A stretch of DNA of 64,000 bases, taken from the NCBI GenBank assembly GCA_051362555.1, contig CM120644.1, positions 6,146,954 through 6,210,953 on the forward strand, read 5' to 3'. Every line of letters begins with the position of its first letter. Within the stretch, counting starts at the first letter, position 1. A program made the translations under genes and the position numbers. The stretch comes from Lingula anatina. Taxonomy: Eukaryota; Animalia; Brachiopoda. The notes beneath the pieces were generated by a model. It made no database searches. It was not told the DNA's origin and saw nothing but the letters and a program-made list of their open reading frames with translations. Shown here piece by piece: positions 50,348 through 60,600 of the stretch.

Positions 50348-53300
50348 TTCCCCTCAAAATATCAAGACACAAAAATGCAAAGTGTAAAACGTTCTTATTA
50401 GAACCAGCAGGGAATAAGTATTTCACTTCAAGGTGTGTTATCAGTATGAATAATGGCAAGGTTATGTGCAGGGTATATAATCCAACAAATAAAACACTCA
50501 AAATATCCAAAAGGGAAGTGTTAGCGAAAGGATACCACATAGATGAAGACAGTGTTTCAGCTTTACAAGAGAAAACAGAAGTCCAAAAAGAGATCGGTAC
50601 TGCTCCAACTTGCAATGACAAAGAAAAGAAACAGTCAGATGAAATAGCTATTGTGGATACATGTATCATGCAAACAATCCAGAATGATGATGGTCTTTCA
50701 AAACAGAGAGTTAAGTGGGGTGAAGACAAAGTGAAAATAGCAGAAAGCATAGGCATAGATTTACAAAATGCAGATTTAACTGAAGATCAAAAATACCAAT
50801 TATCAAACCTCATAGGTAAATACCGCTCTGTTTTTGCCACGGACCTCTCGGAATTGGGTAAAGCAAATGTAGCCCCTCACAAAATAGAGACAGGGAATGC
50901 ACTGCCACAGAGACAAAGATTCTATAGACAAACACCAGAAAAGAGACAAGAGACCCTCAAACAAACACAACAAATGCTGGACAATGACATCATAGAACCT
51001 TCTACCTCTCAGTGGGCTGCACCAGTGGTTTTAGTGCAAAAGAAAGATGGAACGTATAGATTTGCAGTGGACTACAGAAGATTAAACAGTGTGACTGAAC
51101 CAATAAACTGGCCACTGCCACGGTTAGAAGACATCCACGAGACCGTAGGAGAAGCAAAAGCTAAGTTCTATTCTTCACTTGATATGGCCTCTGGATACTG
51201 GCAGATACCCTTGGACCCACTGACCAAAGAGAAAACATCCTTTGTCACTCACAATGGCCAATACCAATTCAAACGCTTACCTTTCGGCCTTCGGAATTCG
51301 GGTACAACCTACCAACAGATCATGTCACAGATATTGCAGGATTTAAACTGGAAAATTGCACTTGCCTACATTGATGATATTTTAGTTTTCAGCCAGACAT
51401 TCGACCAACATTTGCACCATTTAGAACTTGTCTTCCAAAAGCTTCAAGCAGCAAATCTAACTCTTAAACCTGCAAAATGCAAATTTGCCTCAAAGAAAAT
51501 CCACTTTTTAGGCCATGTTTTATCAAAAGAAGGAATACAAGTTGACCAACAAAAAATCGAGGCAGTTAAGTCTTTTTCAACCCCCAAAACAGTCTCACAG
51601 GTACGCAGTTTCTTAGGACTCACAAACTATTACCGAAAATTTGTCAAAGACTATGCTAAAATTGCAACACCTCTGCACGTTTTAACCCGAAAAGACCAAA
51701 AGTTTGAATGGACAAGTGAGTGTGAGAAGGCATTCCAACACCTGAAGAGAGCTTTAACAACTACTCCAATTTTGGCCTTTCCGGATGTTTCGAAACCTTT
51801 TAAACTGACAACCGATGCTTCAGGTACAGCAATTGGGTATATGCTTAGCCAGAAAGATGAGCATAATAAGGAGCATGCCATTGCATATGGAGGAAGAGCC
51901 TTGAGTAGATTGGAGCAGCAGCGCTTCCTTTCCCCTTCAGAATTAGAATGCCTTGCTCTAGTGGAAGGTATAAAGGCATATGAACATTTCCTAGCAAACA
52001 ATAAATTTGAAGTTTACACAGATCATCAGCCCTTAAAGTGGTTAAACAGTAAGAAGTCAACCAACCAAAGGCTCCAGAGATGGTCTATCTATCTTCAAGA
52101 TTTTGACTTTGAAGTTGTTTATACAAAGGGCGCTACAAATCCTGCCGACTGTCTGTCAAGGCAAACTTATCCAGAAAACCCAGAAGAACAAGACATTGAG
52201 GACAAATTCCATAAGGCAGACATTGTTACTGTAGAAACAAGCAAAATTCTTAAAGATTTACATGAAATAACATTTATATATCAGACAGAAGCCCCTTATG
52301 TTATAGCTCAAATAGATGGCGCCCTTAAAAAGGCACAGTATCAGTGCTCAGATATTAGAGAAATAATAGAAAATATCAAATCAAACAAGTTCCCTCATTC
52401 AGCCCAACAAGAATTCCACAAAAACAAATTCATGCTAGATGAAGGAGGTGTGCTTCATTACCTGTACCAACCCAGAAATGAAAGAAAGAACAATGAAGGA
52501 AGAACAAAACAACTACTTGTAGTGCCTCCAGGTTATCGAAAAGAACTTCTACAAGCATACCATGATACACCAGCAGGCGGAGCTCATCAAGGTTTTGACA
52601 GGACTCTTGATGCAATCAGATTGCATTACTACTGGCCAGGAATGTACAAAGACATCCAACATTACATTCAGTCATGTGACACCTGTCAAAGGTCAAAAAG
52701 ACATTACCATGCTCGCCCAGCACCTATGCAACCTCTACCTGTCTCAGATGTCATGGAGAGATGGCACATAGACATACTTGGACCCTTGACGAAAACAAAA
52801 GAAGGTTACCAGTATATCTTGCTAGTAGTTGAATCGTTTTCAAAATACCCAGAAGCATTTCCATTGTATACTCAAAATGCCAAAGAAGTTGCGGAAGTTC
52901 TGTATACTCATATCTTCACTCGATATGGTGCACCACGCTCCCTTGTTTCAGATAGAGGTCAAAATTTCAGATCAAAGCTGGTACAAGCTATTTCTGAACT
53001 GTTCCAAGTCAAGCAGGTTTTCACTAGTAAACAAACAAATGCTGTCTGCGAAAGAACAAATGGTTTCATTGGACAAACTCTTAGGGCATATGCAGACAAG
53101 AAACAAACCAACTGGTCAAAAGTCCTCCCGTCCATCTTAATGGCTTATCGCAAAACACCTGGAACAGCCACAGGCTTCTCCCCATATTTCTTGCTGTATG
53201 GACGTGAAATGAGGACACCATTTGATTTGAAAATGGCACCTAGAGATAAACTGCCAAGTTCCATTAAAGAATATGTGGCAGAACATTTAGAAACACTAGA

Positions 53301-53892
53301 ATGGGGCAGAGAAGTAGCAGAGAAGAACAAACTACAAGCTAGTGAAGCCAACAGAAGACGGCATGATAAAAGAGCTGAAGAACCAAAATTTGGAGTAGGA
53401 GACTTAGTGCTGTTACACAACACGGCAGTTCCAGTAGGACTGAAAAAGAAGCTGCACAAAGAATATACAGGACCTTACAGGATTCTCAGGAAAACAGGAC
53501 CCACAAACTTCCTTCTTCGAAGATGTGATAACAACAAACAAAAAGGTCCTGTGCATGCTAACAGACTAAAACCATACCATGAACCTGAGGAAAGACAAAC
53601 AATAAGAAACCAGGAAAACCAACCAAATGTTACAAATCAACCACAAGAACAGAACAGAAATGTGAAACAAATAGAAAAAATTCTTGAGTGCAGTCACTAC
53701 AAAACGGGCCATGTCTATAGGGTAAAATTTAAGGATATAAGTAGGACAGAATGGGTATATGAAGAAATGGTACCAGGACAAATGAAAAGAGAGTTTCACA
53801 ATACCAAAACTTTCAAGGGCAAAGTAAGAAAACGACCAGCAGTTGTCAGGTTAAAAAATGTAGAAGCTACATCTGTACCCACAAGTAAATAG
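50296..53892 (+). CDS. pol: Pol: RT, RNase H and integrase (Gypsy order), in the -1 frame relative to protease
   Basis: YRFAVDYRRLN, LPFGLRN, YIDD, TTDAS, HHCC zinc finger, HIDILGP..SDRGQNF..ER, GPY module. Confidence 0.95.
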   Translation: MARPVSDTTIPPQSESLVPLKISRHKNAKCKTFLLEPAGNKYFTSRCVISMNNGKVMCRVYNPTNKTLKISKREVLAKGYHIDEDSVSALQEKTEVQKEIGTAPTCNDKEKKQSDEIAIVDTCIMQTIQNDDGLSKQRVKWGEDKVKIAESIGIDLQNADLTEDQKYQLSNLIGKYRSVFATDLSELGKANVAPHKIETGNALPQRQRFYRQTPEKRQETLKQTQQMLDNDIIEPSTSQWAAPVVLVQKKDGTYRFAVDYRRLNSVTEPINWPLPRLEDIHETVGEAKAKFYSSLDMASGYWQIPLDPLTKEKTSFVTHNGQYQFKRLPFGLRNSGTTYQQIMSQILQDLNWKIALAYIDDILVFSQTFDQHLHHLELVFQKLQAANLTLKPAKCKFASKKIHFLGHVLSKEGIQVDQQKIEAVKSFSTPKTVSQVRSFLGLTNYYRKFVKDYAKIATPLHVLTRKDQKFEWTSECEKAFQHLKRALTTTPILAFPDVSKPFKLTTDASGTAIGYMLSQKDEHNKEHAIAYGGRALSRLEQQRFLSPSELECLALVEGIKAYEHFLANNKFEVYTDHQPLKWLNSKKSTNQRLQRWSIYLQDFDFEVVYTKGATNPADCLSRQTYPENPEEQDIEDKFHKADIVTVETSKILKDLHEITFIYQTEAPYVIAQIDGALKKAQYQCSDIREIIENIKSNKFPHSAQQEFHKNKFMLDEGGVLHYLYQPRNERKNNEGRTKQLLVVPPGYRKELLQAYHDTPAGGAHQGFDRTLDAIRLHYYWPGMYKDIQHYIQSCDTCQRSKRHYHARPAPMQPLPVSDVMERWHIDILGPLTKTKEGYQYILLVVESFSKYPEAFPLYTQNAKEVAEVLYTHIFTRYGAPRSLVSDRGQNFRSKLVQAISELFQVKQVFTSKQTNAVCERTNGFIGQTLRAYADKKQTNWSKVLPSILMAYRKTPGTATGFSPYFLLYGREMRTPFDLKMAPRDKLPSSIKEYVAEHLETLEWGREVAEKNKLQASEANRRRHDKRAEEPKFGVGDLVLLHNTAVPVGLKKKLHKEYTGPYRILRKTGPTNFLLRRCDNNKQKGPVHANRLKPYHEPEERQTIRNQENQPNVTNQPQEQNRNVKQIEKILECSHYKTGHVYRVKFKDISRTEWVYEEMVPGQMKREFHNTKTFKGKVRKRPAVVRLKNVEATSVPTSK

Positions 53893-54032
53893 GGCAGGTA
53901 CAGAGAATTAGAAACACTAGATAGAATCTAAAAGTTACAAAGTGCATGTTGTACAAACCCCAAGACTGTAACCTAACCACGCATTAACAAACTAAGGGAC
54001 CATCTATACCCTCCTTTCTTTCATTTCTTTAG

Positions 54033-54530
54033 CCAAATACTCACAAAGGTGCAGGCACCAATGTCGATGTAGGCGGCAAAACTCTGTCATTTCACACAAC
54101 TTTCTTCTGGTACCAAAGGATGTTTTTGCAAGGAAAGGACACAGTCAACCCAGACCCAAGAGCATGCAATTTTTAAGCTACTGCATATACTGATAGGCAT
54201 CACCATATTCGCAACATTAATGCTAGTGAAAGCTGATACAGTACATCGGATAAATTATGGGGTTCTTATAGAAGAAAAATAGAATGTAAGGGTTGCTACA
54301 TATTATTGGTTACATAATCAGTTGCCATGTGTATTAGTTCAACCTCTTTACAATCTGTCACAATGTCAAAGGCATAGATGTAGATAAATGTTTAGAAGAA
54401 TAAAAAAGGAAATTTATAGAAACAATAAGAACATTGCACAACAACTGGAATGAATCAAAAGGATCTTGCCAAATAAAAAGCATAAAAGATCAGTTCTTCC
54501 ATTTATGATTAGAAAGTTTCAAAAATAGTC
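54033..54530 (+). pseudogene. Decayed env-like (class I fusion protein type) gene of the Gypsy element
   Basis: Signal-like LLHILIGITIFATLMLVKA, then DTVHRINYGVLIEEK*NVRVATYYWLH, later furin-like KKHKR|SVLPF; contains stops and frameshifts. Strong acceptor ccctcctttctttcatttctttag ends at 54032. Confidence 0.65.
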
Positions 54531-55351
54531 TTGCCCACAGTTAATTCTTTTAGAATGGAACACATTCACATTACAGGTGAGAAAACCAATGAAATTGCCC
54601 ATTGCCCTCAACTATCAGTGTCTTGCCTCATGTAGCCTGGTACCTCAAAAAGTTACTACAACACCCTTACGAAGCACACTTCTTTGTAGAACATCATGGT
54701 TTCATAACTCCAATGACAATCACTCCTCACAACAATGGCTCAGAGTAAATATCTCCAAAATGGGAGACAAATAAGAATAAGTTAAAAAGTTTATCCAAAA
54801 CATATCAAAATGCTTGAATTGATTGATATTGTTGCTGTGCATTTACAATAAATTACAAGGGATAGCTGGACAAAGAGGTTCCCACTATACCATTTCAGTA
54901 TTGGTACATGTATATATTTGTAGAGAAGTTTATTTAGACATATGGAATTGATACATACAAATGTTAAATGCAATGTACACCTTAGCTTGTAATATGTAAA
55001 TATAGATATGTGCTATATAACCATTTTTCAATTCTTCATGAATGTAATATTACATGTTATTATGGTAATAGTAATGATACATATATTTTATTTCTTATAT
55101 CCACTCTTAAATGCTTAAATAATATTGCATAAAACTAAATTTATTCAATATCTTTCCTTCACAATGTGAAGTATTGTAATATACATACTAGTATTATCAT
55201 TATTCCATACTGCTTTTAAATATAATGTCCTTACCGATGCTTATCATTAAATATTGAATTTATGTACAACATATTGGCCTTAAGCAAACTCCCAATTAGT
55301 GACAGTGATTTCATGGTAAATATGAGGACATATTTAAAAGGGCCCCAGGGA

Positions 55352-56944
55352 TGTATCATAGAGGTGATTTCATGGCCAAATTTAATTTCAGAAAATCCCT
55401 ATTTTAGTTCAAGTTATATGTAATTTAATTATATTTAGATGTCTTAAAATTATATTAAGTGAATATTTAGGTAAATTACATTAAACTTCTATACAAATCA
55501 AGTCAGATGTCAGTGTATAATAAATGTATTTAGATGTCCAAGTTAAAATTATATTAAAGTTCTGCGGGATGTTTTCGGGACTGAATAACTTCATCTATGG
55601 CTTCATCTTCCAGTTAAAGTTTAAATCAGCCTTTGTCTAATTGTGTTAAAGGTCTCCTGCAATGTGTCTTAATTCTGTTAATTGGCTTCAATATCTCTGA
55701 CTTGCTTAAAGGACAACTCAGTGGGTTAGATTAATGTATATAAGCAGGTTCTATGTAAAACTTTGATCAGATTTGTGTTTTGGGAGATTGTTTATTATTA
55801 TATGAATAAGTCTGGGTCACAAAAGTCCTGTTAAGACAACTAGAATAAAGAATTAGAAAACGAAAACTATTTATCATGATTTCGGAGCACAGCCAGAAGT
55901 ACTTCCGGCTCAAGGTCACGACCTCGATTTTCCCACGCTTACGACCAATCACAGCAGGCTTCAGTCAGCATGAGATAGACGTCACGACTACACAGCGAAA
56001 CTTGTCAGACATGTAAGTGCCGCCTGTCCATCTTTTCGGTACATGTACCGATCAAAAACAGAAAACGTAAAGCCCAAAACGCTCTTATACACGTAACCAA
56101 CTTTGTATGAGCACAAATATTGTCATTTATTGTGAACAGGATAATATGATAATCAGACACACTTGAGACCTGTGAAGCACTTACTCACGTGTCGAGGAGT
56201 AGTTTCGCCATTGCCTCGTATGTGAGTCCTAACTCAGCTTTAAGTGTCCTCCACCCCCCCACCTCCCTCCCAACATACACAGTCTGAGTGCTTCTTCGTC
56301 TGTCTCTAATTTTCTTTCGTATCTTTCGAACTGAAGTGGCTATTGTCTTTCGCCCCCTTTTGTCGCTCTCCTGTTCAGACTTGACGCGCGTCTGAGCCAC
56401 GTTTGCTGTTTTGGCGCCAAATAGTAACATCCGGGTCTCAGCCGTAGTACTTCATTCATAGTAAACCGCGAGACTTAGCGAGAAATTGCGCGTTCTGAAG
56501 CCGTACTGTGAGGTGGTAGCTGAGTATTTAAGACGAGTCGTCTTTTATTATTTAATGGAACTTAAAAACGGTATTAGGTAGCTTCATTTTCTGAACGGTT
56601 TTGGATAGGATATACCTTGGTCATTATGGGGAAATTGGTGAGTTTTCCAGGAAAATTCATTTTCGTGCTATTTTAAGGGTTTAACGCGCTGAGACTGTCT
56701 TTAAGGAATCACTGTAATGTAATTGTCCTTGTGTATTAGTATATAAGGAGAAGAGTTTGCAATATACTGTCATTATTAAAGTCTTGTGTCTTCACATGAA
56801 GTAATCAGAAGTAGTGTAGAGTAGAACATATAGTCAGCAGATAGAAGTGGACCAGTGACACCAATACCTGGATTGTACAGAATAAAGGTAGAGATCACAC
56901 AGATTGTAGTGAGTCTCTAGAAACGTAACAACGGCTTGGTGTTA
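55352..56944 (+). repeat. 3' LTR, split by an insertion at 55710-56700
   Basis: Starts TGTATCA after aaaagggccccaggga; resumes at ggaatcact (56705). Confidence 0.95.
55710..56700 (-). mobile_element. 991-bp TTAA-specific non-autonomous DNA transposon (Kolobok-like)
   Basis: TTAA duplicated at 55706-55709 and 56701-56704 (single TTAA in the 5' LTR); AG...CT termini with imperfect 19-bp TIRs; internal exon-like ORF 56189-56430. Confidence 0.85.
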
Positions 56945-57623
56945 AGAGCAAAGTCAGACAATGTCTGTTTATAAAACCCCCTCTTTAATTAATGTAGTAT
57001 CATCACTTGGATAGGGTTACTGACTGCAACTGTTACATTAATTGCAGCATATATAGTTATCCAATGCTTTCCATAATTAAGAGGTTAGGTACCAAAGCTA
57101 GTTTTGTCTCTTGCAACATAGTTGTTGAAAAAACTTCAGATTGTAAACTGCTAGTCTATAAGATGATGTAATAATATTTGGTTAAGTGCATTCATAGAGT
57201 TTTCTGGGGTATTCTTTTTAGTAATTATATATCATGAAGTAGTTTTCTTGTCTTCAAGTACAAGAACATTTCTATACTTGTATTAAGAAAATACAGGTAC
57301 CCTTTAATGCTCTTCACTTAGAAGTGGAAAATTTTTCAGTATGTGCTAAGGTACAATATTTGATGAAAGACTTTTGTAAGTTTCCTTTTAGAAAACTTGA
57401 TTCTGTGATAAAATTCAATTGTAAAATTTGAAATTGCTGTGGAAGAGCCTCACTGTTTAGATGATAGGTAAGATTGGTAAAACTTTTGAATTTGTAAATG
57501 GTTGTAAAGAAAGACAGATGGGCATTTTAAGACAGGCAGGCAGACAAACAAGTAAACTAATGAAGGAATAAAGTTATTATTTTCAATAATAATACTGTTA
57601 TTATATATTTCAGGTCTTCCATC

Positions 57624-60600
57624 ATGACTCCCAGACTATGGTGCTGTTTTCTTTTATCCACTACATTACTTGTCTTTGTGGCAGTATCTCATGGTGAGTA
57701 AGGATCCACCATCTTGGGTTTGGAGGCCATTTTAAGAAACCAAAATCATAACTTTTCAAGAAAGTTTTTTTCTGTGAAAATTAAATAACACTTGGTATTT
57801 GTATGGGGCATTACTGTCTGACATGTCAGAAATATGAAGTATAGATAAATGGATAAGTGTAATGTGTATGCTTGATAAAAAAAACATGTTAAAATGAAGA
57901 TATTTGAAAATTGAAAGATAACTGTGTGCATATATATGTGTATATGTGTATTTATATGTATATATATTTCAATAAACCGGCAGTCCCTTTAGTTAAAACT
58001 CTGTTATGGCATGTGTGTTCCTTGTTACCTCAGGTCAGGAAGCAGATGTCACTGCCACCAGTCTGTGTCGCAAGATGACCAACTGTAGTGCCTGCATTGC
58101 TGGGGGACCTCTCTGTGCTTGGTGTAAAGAACAAGTGAGTTAAACTAGGTCACCTTGACCTATTTATGTATAATTTTTGTAGAAAATGAAGATGGAAAAT
58201 ACAAAAAGAAAAATCACTATTTTGTTTGAAGAGCTGTCGCAGACCCAGTTGAAATAGTCGGATGTTATATCTTTTGAAATAAGGCTAGAGATTAAGTCCA
58301 GCTGTTTAGGACCCAAAAAAGAGCGATTTTTAGGGCGTTTTTTAAAGATATATTTCATCGGGTTACTGAAATGCCAGTGCAATCATCTCCGAGTGTGAAA
58401 TGAGCCATTAGTGTAGTCGATAATGTTTTTATATCTTGACTGACATCTACAATGTTGACTGACTTTAGAAATTATCTAAAGGCTTACTAATTTTTCTATT
58501 CTTAAAATTTCAGATCAATGTCCTACAAATGGATTGTGTAAAACTTTTGACTTTATTTTTAAAGTTTTTCTGAAAATTCTAGATCACCGACGTGAAGGAG
58601 GAGCAGAGCAGACACAGATGTGATATATTAGCCAATCATCTGAAAGGGGGATGTGCACAGGTCGACATCGTCAATCCTGACCATGATATTAACCCTACCA
58701 AGGTGCATACATTAGCCCTTTATTTTGATTCTTTAAACAGACTTATATTTAAAAAAAACTTAGTGTTTTCCTCATGAGGACTTATGCTGTTAACAGATCG
58801 TGATTGATGAAATCATTATATTGGAGCTCTAGATTGAATGGTATGAGTTATGAGATGAAAGGTGATTCAGACATTGGAGCTAAATTAGACTAATAAGGGC
58901 ATCTTATGAGGTATAATTAATAGTTTTAATCTTAGACCATATAGACCGTCACAATGTTTAGTGTGACAATGTAAATTGGATTCTTGCTCATATCTTTATT
59001 CTATTCATCAGGACATTCCACCCAGGTCAGGTTCTATGACAGAGAAGCCCATCCAGCTTTCACCTCAGGAGATGAAAATTAAAGTTAGACCAAGTAAGTA
59101 AAATAAAGGTATAAACTGCAGGCCTACCCAACTACCAGACTCGGCACCTAAGGATCCTGAATTAACCGGTATATTGGACCACACTACCCGTTTTCAAGGT
59201 GTGTCTCAGATCGCATTTCGGTGTATCATACCCGAGAACAAATTTTGTAGCACGACTGCGGGCTCATCCCACCCTGAGCTTCAGAGATAACTTGACACTA
59301 ACCTCTTCACTATAGCCTATCTTCATCGTGTCAAGTTACCTCTGACCACATTCGATTGCCTCCGCCGCCCGCCAATCAAATTTAAAGCCCGCACTCAATG
59401 ACTCATTGAACGATCTAGCCAATGAACGCGAACGAGTCAAAGCGCGCTTTGTTCAAATCCGGACCAATCAAAGATAAGGCTGAATATCAGGGACTTGCCG
59501 TAACCTGTGGGCAGCACGCAAAATACATCATCCCTCAGTAGATAATTATGCAGGGCATCAAACTGCTCTGGTTTCAATTCCGATATACTCCATGCTTTCT
59601 TTGTGTACGGTTATGCACTCGGAACTACTCGGATGTCTCCGCACTCGACAATAACTATGTTGTTAGTATGGAGCTTGCGGAATCAGCCGAGGATTGCCGA
59701 TTGACGGTCAACCAATCAGCGTTTTCACCAAACTTTGGTGAAAAATTTTGAAACATGGATTCGATTGGCTTATATAAACTAGGTCAAACTATTTTCGTCA
59801 GAGGTAACTTGACACGATGAAGATAGGCTATAGTGAAGAGGTTAGTGTCAAGTTATCTCTGAAGCTCAGGGTGGCTCATCCACGCTCGGCTGAACAACCT
59901 TAAACTGTACTCTTACTTTAGAGTACTCTATTTTATTGTCTCTATGGGGATATATGGGGACTTTACGACATTCGGTTTGAATGTTTTAACCACTTTTGAT
60001 AGGGCTTTTTTGCATTGTATTAGATTAATTTGGCAATCTAAGGTTCATCTAGGTGGCTTTCAAATTTATGCACCCGGTTTTAAAATCATATAGCGATTTT
60101 ACGACAATCGTTTACTATCCAATCAAGGTGACAGCCGAGCATGCCAGGGCTCATCCTGTCGGTGTTCTGGCTGTTACTCCGAAATGCGATCTGACACACA
60201 CCTTGAAAACGGGTAGTGTGGTCCGATATACCGGTTAATTCAAGATCCTTAGGTGCCGAGTCTGGTAGTTGGGTAGGCCTGAACTGGGTTCAAACTTTAG
60301 GTACAAAATTGCTGAAGCAGGTTCATATTTTGTGTATAAACTGAGTGCAGATGTGTTCAGAATTTGGGTGTAAAATGGGTGCAAGCAGGTTCAAAATTTA
60401 AACAAAAACTTCGTATAAGTGGGTTCTAAATTTGGTACTGGGTTGAAGCATTTAAAAACACCAGGCTTAAACATGGTGCAGGGAACCTCAGTGTACCTCC
60501 AGTCAGTCACGGCCTTCTCCTCCGAATAAAGCATGATTCTCTGTATTATTTCAGACAAGCCAGTTAATTTTAAAGTCCATTTCAAGCTGGCCGAGAACTA

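Larger units (their letters stand above)
48006..56944 (+). mobile_element. Ty3/Gypsy LTR retrotransposon, full length and very young
   Basis: 596-bp LTRs, only one mismatch noticed by eye; AGAG flanking duplication; PBS, gag, pro, pol, env relic and purine-rich tract before the 3' LTR. Confidence 0.96.
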
